NCBI GenBank assembly: GCA_938045545.1
Contig: CALIBN010000024.1
Location: 6,274 to 70,273, forward strand
DNA: 64,000 nucleotides
Direction: 5' to 3'
From: an uncultured archaeon
GTDB taxonomy: Archaea > Thermoproteota > EX4484-205 > JAAOZP01
Program-made: the position numbers and the translations under genes
Notes under the pieces: generated by a model
Seen by the model: only the letters and a program-made list of their open reading frames with translations
Databases searched by the model: none
Told to the model about the DNA's origin: nothing
In this document: one piece after another, positions 16,499-26,662 of the stretch
Numbering within the stretch: the stretch's first letter is position 1
Layout of the letters: each line of letters starts with the position of its first letter

Positions 16499-18694
16499 TT
16501 GATCGAGGAGTTCAGAAGGGTAGTCTACGAGAGGGTTGAGGTGAGCAGCTTTAGGAAGCGCGTTGAGCAAGCCCAGCCTAAGCGAGTTAAGGCCTTCAAA
16601 ATCCTCGGAAGTACGGTTGTCCTAGGTAAAGACGTTTTCAGCGTTTCGGGGAGGCTTGTTTCAGAGATAAGGCTCAGGTCGGCTGATTACGAGGAGAATA
16701 AATCCGAGGTTAAGATGCTTCAAGGCCTTTCGGCAACGGGCTTCGAGGGAATGTTCACGATATCCTATGAGCCCTTCAACTATGAGGTGAGGTTCTCAAT
16801 AACCTCGAAATCCCCAAGGGAGCTTAGACTCATGGCTTCAAGGCTTAAGGCCTCAATACTGGCAAGCAGTCCCGGAGCTGAGCTCGAATCGCTTAGAGCT
16901 TCCATCGATAACGTGCTATGGCCCCTAGGAGGCTTCCCGGTCTCCAGGCGGGAAAACAGGTTGATCCTGCTTAGGGGTAAGGAAGTCTCAGCAGCATCAT
17001 TCCTGTTAATTAAGCTGAAAGAGGAGATGATTAGCCTTCTCGAGGATGGCCTTGAGAACGCCTTAAGGTCCTCTGCGGAATCAGGATGTTCGTTCAGGTT
17101 CTGCGTCCCGGTCAAATCATGCAGAGGATTCGCCCACCTTCTAAACACATGGGTAAAGAAGAAGGATATTCTATCCAGATATTCCAAGGCCTACAGGGAG
17201 CTTAGGGAGAATGGGCTTTTTAACAGCAGGGGCGAGCTCATAGGCGTTGACCTAAGTAAGTCAACTAAGCTTGAGCTTCTCCGCTCTCAGTACGAGAGGC
17301 TTAACGGACAAACGGGATGTTGGACATGCTCTCCGATAATAGTAGTGATAGGAACTCCCGAGAGGGACCCTAGGCAGGCTTGTGAAAAACAGAGGGAGTA
17401 CGTTGAAGCTGTCAAGGCATCTTTCTCATCATCCTACAGGGTTAAGATCGAGGAGGCTGGGTGGCTGAACCTAGGGGAGGTAGCGAGAAGCATACTCGTC
17501 AGGGGGATAACGAGCTTGAACAAACTTCATGTAACCGGCGATGAGTTATCTTGTTTCATAAGCTTTCCCAAGCCAATAACGCCAAGCATATCCTACATGC
17601 CGAAGAAGATCGTTGAATTCGGAGCCTTCGACCCGGCTGAGCTCAGGAGGAATGGTATACTCCTAGGATACTATGAATCCATGAGAAAGAGGTTTGGGGT
17701 CAGAATAGGGATAGAAGACCTTCCCCTACATTTAGCTATATTCGGCGTCCCGGGCTCAGGGAAGAGCACTCTAACAAAGGCACTTCTGAGGAGATACAGG
17801 GAGCTAGGAGGTTTTGCGATGGTCTTCGACAGGCATGGAGAGTACGTTGACGAATTCGATAATGCCCTAGTCCTCAATACGGATAATGCCAGGATAAACC
17901 TCCTAGACCACCACGGTGACCCGGAGGGCCATGCTAAGATCCTGGGCGAGGTCTTCGCGATGGCTTGGCCGGATGAGTTCGGGCCGTTGGTTTCACACGT
18001 TTTCAGGAAGATGTACCTGAAGTACATTAAAGGAGTCAGCCACCCCGATTTCCTGGAATTCGTAGAATTCCTCGAGAAGGACGCCAACTCGGAGGACCTG
18101 ACGTTCCTTCGCTCCGGAAAGGCTAGGGATAAGCTGTTCTCGCTAGTGGGGAGGCTTAGCGAGCTAGCCCAGGGGAGCATTGGAAAGGTGTTCGACACGG
18201 TTGGGGGGCAAGGGGGCGTGATGGAGAGGCTGCTCTCGGGCATGGTCGTCTTCGATTTAAGCGGCATGGATACGGATAGGGATGCGAACATACTTACATG
18301 GTTGATGCTGAAGCGAATCTACGATTATAGAAGGAAGAAGCCCAACAGGGGTTTGCCGCACGTTATAGTCTGCGAGGAGGCTCATAACATCGCTCCAGCT
18401 AGGTTTGAGGGCCAGGAGACCATAGTTGAGAAGATGCTTAAGGAGATGAGGAAGTTCGGCGAGTCTGTTTGGCTTATAGATCAGAGACCATTAACGGTGT
18501 CGAGGGATGTCTTGGGATTATGTGGGACCATAGTCTGCCTGAGGCTACAATACTCGAGCGACGTTGAGAAGACCGGGGACACGATGCACCTGAACGAAGA
18601 GCAGAGGCTGAGGCTGCAGGAACTCGAGTTGGGGGAGGCGATAGCATTGCTGCCGAGAATGAAGACTGCGATACCAATCACCGTCCAGCTGTAG
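16499..18694 (+). CDS. HerA/FtsK-superfamily (DUF87, VirB4/CedB-like) ATPase with long N-terminal domain
   Basis: GVPGSGKS Walker A, FDRHGEY, IVCEEAH Walker B, EMRKFG, IDQRP. Confidence 0.88.
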   Translation: MIEEFRRVVYERVEVSSFRKRVEQAQPKRVKAFKILGSTVVLGKDVFSVSGRLVSEIRLRSADYEENKSEVKMLQGLSATGFEGMFTISYEPFNYEVRFSITSKSPRELRLMASRLKASILASSPGAELESLRASIDNVLWPLGGFPVSRRENRLILLRGKEVSAASFLLIKLKEEMISLLEDGLENALRSSAESGCSFRFCVPVKSCRGFAHLLNTWVKKKDILSRYSKAYRELRENGLFNSRGELIGVDLSKSTKLELLRSQYERLNGQTGCWTCSPIIVVIGTPERDPRQACEKQREYVEAVKASFSSSYRVKIEEAGWLNLGEVARSILVRGITSLNKLHVTGDELSCFISFPKPITPSISYMPKKIVEFGAFDPAELRRNGILLGYYESMRKRFGVRIGIEDLPLHLAIFGVPGSGKSTLTKALLRRYRELGGFAMVFDRHGEYVDEFDNALVLNTDNARINLLDHHGDPEGHAKILGEVFAMAWPDEFGPLVSHVFRKMYLKYIKGVSHPDFLEFVEFLEKDANSEDLTFLRSGKARDKLFSLVGRLSELAQGSIGKVFDTVGGQGGVMERLLSGMVVFDLSGMDTDRDANILTWLMLKRIYDYRRKKPNRGLPHVIVCEEAHNIAPARFEGQETIVEKMLKEMRKFGESVWLIDQRPLTVSRDVLGLCGTIVCLRLQYSSDVEKTGDTMHLNEEQRLRLQELELGEAIALLPRMKTAIPITVQL

Positions 18695-19007
18695 CGTGCT
18701 CAACCATGCTCGGGCTAAAGCCCCGAGAGCGGCTGGATTGGGCTCCATGAGTTAATCGTAGAATGTTTATGAGTTCAGCCGATGGTACATACGCATCGTT
18801 AGCGGGGAATAATTTAAGACCATTATTTTCCTAACTTCCGCTTTTGGCATATGCTAAAACGTTAAAGCCTAGTTTTCAAAGCCTAGTTTAAAAGTCTTCA
18901 GTAACATCCTTCAGCAGCGTTAAGCAAGTGTTCGAATTTCTGTACACGCTGTTCGCAACAATACTGTTAAAAACAGGTGGGGGCAAATAGCAGGATGGGG
19001 TTCGAAA

Positions 19008-19844
19008 ATGGAGGAAATGTTAAGCAGGAAATGGTTGCTCGTGCTCAGCGTGGTTTTCGTCGCAACCATCGGCGTAAACCTGGCTCTACTAGTCGGAATA
19101 TATCCGGTGCTCATCAGCCAGCGGGCAGGCTCTGAGAACCGCTTCAACACGGTTGAAGAAGGCTTTAAAACCTGGGGCACCGCCGGCCTGCTGGACACCG
19201 GCCAGGCTGAGCAGCGGGCGAAGACGATAAGCGTAACCGGCACCGGCGTGGTTAAGGCTAAGCCTGACAGGGCGGTTTTAAGCCTCAGCGTGGTTACGCA
19301 GGCGGAAAGCGCGGGGGAAGCGATCTCTGAGAACGCGGGTAAAATGGACAGCGTCGTAAAAGCCGTCAGGAGCATGGGGATTCTGGAGAACCAGACGGAA
19401 ACATCCGCGTACAGTCTGACCCCTATTTGGGATTATCCTAAGGAAGGCGTCTCGCCCAGAATAGTTGGCTACACGTGTTCCAACACTATTAGGGTCACGG
19501 TTAAGGATTTGAACAAGGTGGGGGAGGTGATTGACGCAGCGGTTAAGGCTGGTGCAAACCAGGTTTCCTCGCTTCAATTCACGATTTCCGACGAGGCAAT
19601 GCGTCAACTCGGGTTGAATGCTTTGAGCCTTGCTGTGAAAGACGCCTCCTCTAAAGCCAGCACGATAGCTGCCGCAGCCGGAGTAACGCTGGTCGGCCCG
19701 GTTTCAATAAGCCTCTCCGGATACTCTCCGTATTTTAGAAGCTACGCTTTTGAATCCGTGATGGGAAGCGTTGCGACGCCGATAATTTCACCGGAGGAGG
19801 TCAGCGTAACCGTGAGCGTTTCAGCGGTTTACGAGTTTAATTGA
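19008..19844 (+). CDS. SIMPL (DUF541) domain protein
   Basis: ISVTGTGVVKAKPDRA, GYTCSNTIRV, GEVIDAAVKAGAN; N-terminal TM. Confidence 0.9.
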   Translation: MEEMLSRKWLLVLSVVFVATIGVNLALLVGIYPVLISQRAGSENRFNTVEEGFKTWGTAGLLDTGQAEQRAKTISVTGTGVVKAKPDRAVLSLSVVTQAESAGEAISENAGKMDSVVKAVRSMGILENQTETSAYSLTPIWDYPKEGVSPRIVGYTCSNTIRVTVKDLNKVGEVIDAAVKAGANQVSSLQFTISDEAMRQLGLNALSLAVKDASSKASTIAAAAGVTLVGPVSISLSGYSPYFRSYAFESVMGSVATPIISPEEVSVTVSVSAVYEFN

Positions 19845-20378
19845 CATTCCCCCGGTTGAAGCCGGTGGGATTCCCGGTTCGTCGCCCTCAGGGCTCATCC
19901 CCTCGAGTTATAGCGCGCGCCCTATGGCCATTAGGAGGCTTACCACTCTCGAAGCATAAGAATGCTTTAAGCCTGTTTAGGGGACGGAAGATCTCGGCAG
20001 CCTCATCCCTATTCATGAGGTTAGAAGATGCTCTCGAACTTCCTGAGGATGCTCTTGAGAATGCTTTAAGGTCCTCCGAAGAATCCGGTTGCTCGCTCAG
20101 GTTCTGCATCCCAGTTAAGTCTTGCAAGGGAATTTTCCATGCTTTAAGCCTGTGGGCCAGAAGGAAAATTATCTCTTCGCAGTACTCTAGGGCTTACAGG
20201 ATGTTGAGGGGAAAGGGACTCTACAACAGCAGAGGGGAGCTCATAGGCTACGACCTTGGGAAATCCGCCGAACTCGAAAGGCTTCCGGGATACGAGAAGC
20301 TCGACGGTAAAGCTGGATGCGGAAATGCTCCCCTACAATCGTCGTGATAGGCCCTTCAGCAAAAAGCCCTGAACGAGC
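19842..20378 (-). mobile_element. Cassette copy 3 remnant: right end fused to an internal ATPase fragment
   Basis: 19842-19900 matches the right end and keeps a longer hairpin (CCCACCGG-CTTCAA-CCGGGGG); ~19915-20378 encodes the ALWPLGG...NSRGELIG ATPase segment. Confidence 0.8.
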
Positions 20379-20539
20379 ACTTGCTTAAAGCATGGTATGA
20401 GGTTTTACTAAGTGTTTTACAGCACTGACTATAGACAATGAAAGCTTTAGTGCGCGATTCTTCGACCATTCTACGTGGGAAAATCTAGGATGATTGGTAA
20501 AAGTTTAAGACCTTTTTAAACAATTAGTCAGCGTGCTGC

Positions 20540-20998
20540 TTGTTGAGCGAGGAGGAGCTAGAGTATAAGCTGCGCGGCAAGACTCTTCAGGTCTACCTCT
20601 ACCTGATAAGGTCCGGCGGGGACGATAGCTACGGCGTGAGGGAGGTTCAGAGGGCACTTGGCTTCAAGAGCCCGAGCATAGCGTCATACCATCTTGAAAA
20701 GCTGAGGGAACTGGGTCTGCTCGTTAAGGATGAGAAGGGGGATTATCGCGTCGCTAAAGAGGTCAACATAGGGTTGTTTAAGCTCTACATTAAGATAGGG
20801 GAGCTTAGAATGCCGAGGTTCCTACTGTACGCTTGCTTCATAACCAGCATGGTGGCGACATACCTGCTGGCTTATCCTCAGACGTTCAGCCCACATAATC
20901 TTTTCGCGCTACTGGTAAGCTTCTCCTCGCTCACAATACTCTGGGGCGAGACCCTCCTGATAATGAGGGAAACAAGGTCTAAAACCTTGAAAAAATAG
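20540..20998 (+). CDS. ArsR-like HTH regulator with C-terminal TM helices
   Basis: GVREVQRALGFKSPSIASYHLEKLRELGL; two hydrophobic C-terminal helices. Confidence 0.8.
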   Translation: MLSEEELEYKLRGKTLQVYLYLIRSGGDDSYGVREVQRALGFKSPSIASYHLEKLRELGLLVKDEKGDYRVAKEVNIGLFKLYIKIGELRMPRFLLYACFITSMVATYLLAYPQTFSPHNLFALLVSFSSLTILWGETLLIMRETRSKTLKK

Positions 20999-21158
20999 CT
21001 TTTTCAACAGGAACCTGATGTGCAGGCCTGCCAATAGGCTTGAAGAGAGTGTTTTAATCCTTGGAGCCGTCATGGCGAGGCATGCAGGCAGTCTCCAATC
21101 CGCGTTTCAACAGGAAACCATTAATATGGGAAGCAAGGGTCCCGTACGGGTGAACAGG

Positions 21159-23108
21159 ATGCCGAAGAAACACTACGGTTTCCAATCGGCAGAAGTATCC
21201 TCCCCAGACGGGCAGATCCTTGTGAAAATAACCATTAGGGAGAGAATCGAGCCATATCCCTCTGGTAGGCGCCTCTACTACTCCATCTCTTTCAAGGGAA
21301 GGGAGATACTGGTTGACTCTCCGCTGGCCATGGATTTTAAGGACGCGCCGCCCCTCGCCGGGAACCTTGTTTTAACCAGGAGGGAGGAGAAGACTATTAG
21401 CGAGAAATGGCAGGCGGTGCACGGCAAGTGCAAGAGCGTCCTTAACCTGTGCAACGAGCTGCACCTTTGGCTTAAGGAGGAAGAGGAGCCGGGTAGGAGG
21501 CTGGAGCTTTTTTTCCGCGCGTACAATGACGGTGTTGCATTCCGCTATTTTCTCCCGAGGCAACCGGGCATGAAGAGCTTCAAACTTGCTAATGAGCGCT
21601 CAGAATTTCACTTCGCGTCAAACCATACTGTTTGGGCAGCCGACTATAGATCGTACATCTCGCCCCAGGAAGCCCTTTTCGAGAAGAAGACTCTCAGCCA
21701 AATAACGCCTTCCTCAATAATAGGACTACCCTTGCTTGTTAAAGTCGACGAATCCAGATGGGTTGCAATCACTGAGGCAAACATAACAGACTGGGCTGGA
21801 ATGTATCTTACCGGGACGGGTGTCAAACCCTATGCTCTCGTCTCAAGCCTCGCCCCTAGGCTAGACGAGCCCGGAGTACTGGTCGGCTCAAACACTCCCC
21901 ACTACTCGCCGTGGAGAGTAGTGATGATAGGCCAGAGCCCCGGAGACCTGATCGAGTCAAACATCATACTGAATCTTAATGAGCCATGCGTAATCAGAGA
22001 CACGTCTTGGATAAAACCGGGTAAGGCTGCTTGGGACTGGTGGTGCGGAGGATATATTCCCGACGCGAAGTTTAAAGTCGGCATGAACACCGAGACCATG
22101 AAGTACTTCATAGAGTTCGCCGCAGAAATGGGTTTCGAGTACATGATTGTCGACGCCGGCTGGTATGGAGAACCTAACAAGCCTGAGGCGGATGTCACTA
22201 AACCTATTCCTGAGCTGAATATTCGTGAGCTCATCAGGTTCGCTGGAGAAAGAAACATTAGGATTATAATCTGGCTCCACTGGAGGGATGTTGAGGAAAA
22301 GATTGAGGAAGCCTTCCAGCTTTACGAGAAATGGGGTATAGCAGGGGTCAAGATAGACTTTATGGATCGCGACGACCAGGAGATGGTTAACTTCTACCAC
22401 AGGGTTGTTAAGAAGGCTGCTGAACACCGTCTTCTCGTAGAATTCCACGGCGCTTACAAGCCGGATGGCTTACGCAGAACCTATCCGAACCTAATAACCC
22501 GCGAGGGCGTTTTAGGAAACGAGTATTGTAAATGGTCAACGCTAGTCACCCCAGAGCACACCGTGACAATACCCTTCACGAGGATGCTTGCTGGACCTAT
22601 GGACTTTACGCCAGGAGGCTTTCGTCACACGACCAAGGCGACTTTTAGACCTCAGAACAGGGGCCCGTTCGTAATGGGTACGAGGTGTCACCAGCTTGCT
22701 ATGTTCGTTGTCTACGAGAGCCCGCTGCAAGTCGTTTGCGACTCACCCTACAATTACCGGGGGCAACCCGGCCTAGAGTTTCTCAAGATAGTTCCAACTA
22801 CATGGGATGAGACCAAGTTTCTGAACGGCGAGGTTGGGGAATACATAACCATCGCTAGGAGAAACGGTTCAGACTGGTTCATCGGAAGCATGACGAATTG
22901 GAATCCTAGGGAAATAGAAATACCGTTGGGATTCCTGGGAGATGAAAAGTATGTTGCCCACGTTTTTGAAGATGCTCCGGATGCGGATGATTTCCCTAAT
23001 AGGGTTTGCGAGAAGAGGCTTGAGGTAACGTCTAAAGACATCTTGGTGGCGAGAATGGCTTCCGGCGGAGGCTATGTGGCCCACATACTGCGTGATGAAG
23101 ATCGATGA
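21159..23108 (+). CDS. Glycoside hydrolase family 97 (alpha-glucosidase/galactosidase)
   Basis: RAYNDGVAFRY, WIKPGKAAWDWW, GVKIDF, TREGVLGNE, GPMDFTPG; start uncertain (ORF open from 21018). Confidence 0.92.
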   Translation: MPKKHYGFQSAEVSSPDGQILVKITIRERIEPYPSGRRLYYSISFKGREILVDSPLAMDFKDAPPLAGNLVLTRREEKTISEKWQAVHGKCKSVLNLCNELHLWLKEEEEPGRRLELFFRAYNDGVAFRYFLPRQPGMKSFKLANERSEFHFASNHTVWAADYRSYISPQEALFEKKTLSQITPSSIIGLPLLVKVDESRWVAITEANITDWAGMYLTGTGVKPYALVSSLAPRLDEPGVLVGSNTPHYSPWRVVMIGQSPGDLIESNIILNLNEPCVIRDTSWIKPGKAAWDWWCGGYIPDAKFKVGMNTETMKYFIEFAAEMGFEYMIVDAGWYGEPNKPEADVTKPIPELNIRELIRFAGERNIRIIIWLHWRDVEEKIEEAFQLYEKWGIAGVKIDFMDRDDQEMVNFYHRVVKKAAEHRLLVEFHGAYKPDGLRRTYPNLITREGVLGNEYCKWSTLVTPEHTVTIPFTRMLAGPMDFTPGGFRHTTKATFRPQNRGPFVMGTRCHQLAMFVVYESPLQVVCDSPYNYRGQPGLEFLKIVPTTWDETKFLNGEVGEYITIARRNGSDWFIGSMTNWNPREIEIPLGFLGDEKYVAHVFEDAPDADDFPNRVCEKRLEVTSKDILVARMASGGGYVAHILRDEDR

Positions 23109-23236
23109 AAAATTTTATGAGAGAGTTCGCTCGAATAGCGCGGGCTGCGCCCCCAGCTGCCGCCGTTAAGCTTCTCCTCCAGATAATCTGTTTATAAATG
23201 TTGCCATTTTTATTAAACTTGGGAAAAAATTAAATA

Positions 23237-24079
23237 ATGTTTAACGGTTCTCAAACGGTTCCTGAGATCATGGTTAAGGTAAACTATCATATTCACAGTA
23301 CGTATAGCGACGGCCGAGCTACCATAATGCAGTATGCTGAGGAAGCGGTTAGAAAGGGTTTTCACGAGATCGCCTTTACTGAACACTTGGCTATACGGCC
23401 AGGGTCGATGAAAAAACTGTATTACTCTATAGATGCTTCTAAGATAGAGGATTATGTTGAGGATGTTAAAGGGGCAGGGAGGAGTTTTAAAGGCTTAAAG
23501 GTTAAGGCTGGTTTAGAAGTCGACTACTTCCCAGGCTCGGGATCACTGCTTAAAGATATCTTGGGGAGTAACGATTTGGATTTCACTATGGTAAGCATCC
23601 ATTGGATAGGCGAGTTTTGCCTAGACTGTGTCAAGTATAAGAAGGCTTTCGAGATCGCTGTTAAAGAAGAGGGTTTCGACAAGTTCTACTCGAAATATTT
23701 GAGGCTTCTTGGGGAAGCTGTGGAGTCAGGATTGTTCAACGTTATCGCGCATTTCGACATCGCTAGGAACTGGGGTTTCAAAACCTCCAGTGATTTTAAG
23801 ATGGATGAGCTCAAGATCTTGGAGAATGCAAGTAAGCTGGGAATGGCTGTCGAGGTTTCCAGCAAGGGTTTGAGAAACCCCATTAACGAGCCATATCCTG
23901 CTAGAAGGATTTTAGAATACTGCAGTCCTCTCCGCATACCGATAACACTGGGTACTGATGCTCACAGGTTGAATGAGATTGATGCAAACTATGATTCTAT
24001 AGTTGAGTATGCCAGGTCTGCAGGCTACTCAGAGTTAGCCGTGTTCAGTAGGGGGAAGCTGACCCTCGTTTCCCTTTAG
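23237..24079 (+). CDS. PHP-family histidinol-phosphatase-like protein
   Basis: YHIHSTYSDG, FTEH, GLEVD, AHFD, GTDAH. Confidence 0.85.
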   Translation: MFNGSQTVPEIMVKVNYHIHSTYSDGRATIMQYAEEAVRKGFHEIAFTEHLAIRPGSMKKLYYSIDASKIEDYVEDVKGAGRSFKGLKVKAGLEVDYFPGSGSLLKDILGSNDLDFTMVSIHWIGEFCLDCVKYKKAFEIAVKEEGFDKFYSKYLRLLGEAVESGLFNVIAHFDIARNWGFKTSSDFKMDELKILENASKLGMAVEVSSKGLRNPINEPYPARRILEYCSPLRIPITLGTDAHRLNEIDANYDSIVEYARSAGYSELAVFSRGKLTLVSL

Positions 24080-24540
24080 GCTTCTCCGAACCATTTGCCT
24101 AAGCCGCCTTCCGTCTTTCTAACCCTGAATTCTTCAGCCTCCTTAAGAACTTCCTTGTAACCCGGATATTTGATTCTAATGATTGCCTCGTCTAGGCTTA
24201 GCCATTCGAAGCCCTCATGCTCCCAGGATATTGAAACATTTTTCTCTAAGGCTTCTCCGAGAAACAGGATCAGCGTTTTGCTGACAAGCGTACCGTTATC
24301 CCTCCTATAATAGTAGTTTAAAACCTTCCTGAACCCAGGTATGACTCTAATTTTATCTATCCCGCTTTCCTCCTTCAATTCTCTCAACGCTGCTGCAAGC
24401 TCGTCCTCAGCCTCCTCTATATTGCCCTTCGGAAAATCAAGCCTTCCTCCGACTTTTAGAAACAGGTATTTCACTTCACTATTTTCCTTTGTAAAAACAA
24501 TGAAGCCGGCTGACTTCTCTTTCATCAGGGGGCTGGACAA
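24076..24540 (-). CDS. NUDIX hydrolase (Ap4A hydrolase-like)
   Basis: PKGNIEEAEDELAAALRELKEESG Nudix box; ISWEH. Confidence 0.88.
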   Translation of the reverse strand: MSSPLMKEKSAGFIVFTKENSEVKYLFLKVGGRLDFPKGNIEEAEDELAAALRELKEESGIDKIRVIPGFRKVLNYYYRRDNGTLVSKTLILFLGEALEKNVSISWEHEGFEWLSLDEAIIRIKYPGYKEVLKEAEEFRVRKTEGGLGKWFGEA

Positions 24541-24623
24541 TAAGCTTTAACCCAGGCTTCTCTTTATAAGTGTTTTCGGAAAAAACTTATTTAAAGCCCC
24601 TGCATTATGTAGAACGATGAGTC

Positions 24624-25070
24624 TTGGAGAAGGAAGAGCTTTTGAAAATGCTCAACCATGCGCTTGAACTCGAGCACGCGGCTTATGTACAATACCTCAG
24701 CCATGCTGAGCTTATAGATGGTGATAACGCTGAACCGTTGATAGAGAGGCTTAAAGAAATCGCGAACGATGAGAAAACCCATCAGGAGAAGTTCAGGTCC
24801 CTGATAGGCATGCTAGGGGGAACACCCAGCATGGGCATTGCAGAAACCCATCCGGCTAAAACCGTTAGGGAAATACTTGAGCAGAATCTGAAGGACGAGA
24901 AAGAGGCTGTTGACACTTACAGGAAGATATATGGGGCGATAGTCGGGGGAAGAGGCAGAGGATACTATGATATGCTTCTTGAACATGAGGTTAGACACAT
25001 AATAATGGATGAGCAGGAGCACATTACAGAGCTAGAACTATTGCTTGGAAAGTCGGGCGAAAGCTATTAA
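24624..25070 (+). CDS. Ferritin-like / bacterioferritin-like protein
   Basis: ELEHAAYVQY, DEKTH, DEKEAVDTY, DEQEH diiron motifs. Confidence 0.85.
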   Translation: MEKEELLKMLNHALELEHAAYVQYLSHAELIDGDNAEPLIERLKEIANDEKTHQEKFRSLIGMLGGTPSMGIAETHPAKTVREILEQNLKDEKEAVDTYRKIYGAIVGGRGRGYYDMLLEHEVRHIIMDEQEHITELELLLGKSGESY

Positions 25071-25105
25071 AACGTTTTCGTTTTTTCTTTTTTTTAAAAA
25101 AACGC
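25071..25105. terminator. T-rich terminator region between convergent genes
   Basis: TTTTCGTTTTTTCTTTTTTTTAAAAAAA. Confidence 0.5.
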
Positions 25106-25106
25106 G

Positions 25107-26054
25107 TTAAAATACCCATCTATAGCTATCTTCCTCCTTAACCATGTTCTTCAATGCCTCCCTGTCTGTAATCTCCTTGGCTGGTTTCATCAGAATTTCC
25201 TCCTCTTCAGGTGAAATGAAGAAGTTCGCCAAGTATGTTTTCCCATTCAAGTATCTTAAACGTCCCTTGACTTTTTCAGCTATCCTGTTGTCAACCTCCT
25301 TGAACTCTTCAGGGAGTATTCTAAGCCCATCCCGAGGTTTCAAACCCATTACGAAACCCCAGTCGTCGCAGAAGCTTTTAACGTAGACGTGCAGAGGAAT
25401 CGAGTTTCCAAAAACCCTTTTAACGGTCCAGAATATTCTCCTAAACTGACGACTCTGGAACGCGGTTGCCTGAGTTATGAAAGTGCCTCCGGGCTTCAGG
25501 GCATCTTGAACCATTCTGTAAAACTCCTTGGAGTAGAGTAGAACAGACGGGCCACCCTCCACCGGGTCAGTTAAATCAATTATTATTGAATCATAATAAT
25601 TCTTCTTTCGCGATATGAATTTCCTCGCATCAGTAAGGTGAATCTTAACCCTCCGGCTCTTCAAGGATCCTTTGTTTAAGCGTTGAAGGTATTTTTCAGA
25701 CACTTCAACAACCCTCCCATCTATGTCTACAAGATCCACGTGCTCAACCTCCCTGTATTTTAAAACCTCTCTGAGCGCGCATCCGTCTCCTCCCCCGAGT
25801 ATGGCTATGCGCCTCCGGTCTTCAGCGTTTAGAAGCGGCGTGTGTACAAGCGTCTCATGATACCTGTATTCATCGTACTCGGCAACCTGAATAAGGCCAT
25901 CGAGCAACAGGCATAATCCGAATTCAGGTGACTCCAGCACCTCCAGGGTTTGAAACCTTGTTCTCTCAGCAAGCAGGATTTTGCTGACTCTGAAGAGAAA
26001 GTAGTTGTTAAAAAGGTCGAGTGTTAAGTATCTTGTTCTCGTTAACCTGGACAT
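25107..26054 (-). CDS. speE: Spermidine synthase (aminopropyltransferase)
   Basis: LDGLIQ, YHETLVH, ILGGGDG, IIDLTDP. Confidence 0.92.
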   Translation of the reverse strand: MSRLTRTRYLTLDLFNNYFLFRVSKILLAERTRFQTLEVLESPEFGLCLLLDGLIQVAEYDEYRYHETLVHTPLLNAEDRRRIAILGGGDGCALREVLKYREVEHVDLVDIDGRVVEVSEKYLQRLNKGSLKSRRVKIHLTDARKFISRKKNYYDSIIIDLTDPVEGGPSVLLYSKEFYRMVQDALKPGGTFITQATAFQSRQFRRIFWTVKRVFGNSIPLHVYVKSFCDDWGFVMGLKPRDGLRILPEEFKEVDNRIAEKVKGRLRYLNGKTYLANFFISPEEEEILMKPAKEITDREALKNMVKEEDSYRWVF

Positions 26055-26427
26055 GTTCTAACACTCCTCGTCTAAGCTCCTTGTACATTACTCTTTTAGC
26101 TTTTAGAGCCCTGCTGACATGTTTGAGAGCCAGCCTCGGCATGCTTCTGTTTCCACACGTGAAGATGTCTATGGCTGCATAGCCATACTCCGGCCAAGTG
26201 TGGATGGCTATGTGCGACTCCGCTATGACCACAACCCCTGAGACTCCTTGGGGTGTGAACTTATGGAACCTGCAGTCGATTATCCGTGTCTCCGCCTTCT
26301 CAGCGGCCTCTACGACGGTTTTCCTAACATATTCTAAGTCGTCTAGCAGTTCTTCATCGCAACGGTACAGATCCGCTATTATTTGCTTACCTAAATACAT
26401 TATTCTACTCATTTCTGATTTTTTCAA
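26008..26427 (-). CDS. speD: S-adenosylmethionine decarboxylase proenzyme
   Basis: GVSGVVVIAESHIAIHTWPEYGYAAIDIFTCG. Confidence 0.92.
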   Translation of the reverse strand: MKKSEMSRIMYLGKQIIADLYRCDEELLDDLEYVRKTVVEAAEKAETRIIDCRFHKFTPQGVSGVVVIAESHIAIHTWPEYGYAAIDIFTCGNRSMPRLALKHVSRALKAKRVMYKELRRGVLEHVQVNENKILNTRPF

Positions 26428-26662
26428 GTTAGTGTATATTAAAACAATTTAAATTTTACGGTTAGACATTAAAAACAAAGTTAAAACGGTTTTTCTTGCT
26501 GAAAACTGATTTGAAATAAAAATTGTAGTCGAATGATGAGCAATGTTTTTTATAGTCTATTTTTCAGCTTCAAAAAGCTTTTTTCTTCATTTTTTAATTT
26601 TTTAAAAAGCTCAACGCGTTTTTTCAAGTCTTTTTCCGCAACAATTCCGCCGAAAATAAAGT

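Larger units (their letters stand above)
14174..18694 (-). mobile_element. TnpB / membrane-wHTH / HerA-VirB4-like ATPase cassette, copy 2 (intact)
   Basis: Right end, tnpB, leader, repeat arrays, regulator and ATPase; same architecture recurs three more times in the window; distal end uncertain. Confidence 0.75.

Noticed and set aside
18864-18889. AAAGCCTAGTTT direct repeat upstream of SIMPL
   Set aside because: Only two AT-rich units; may be an operator but not supportable
19841-20347. 168-aa ORF as a real gene
   Set aside because: It is a chimera of antisense right-end sequence and an internal ATPase fragment
26533-26600. ATGATGA as the start of another box C/D sRNA
   Set aside because: No appropriately spaced D' or D boxes; the region is an AT-rich promoter/terminator tract
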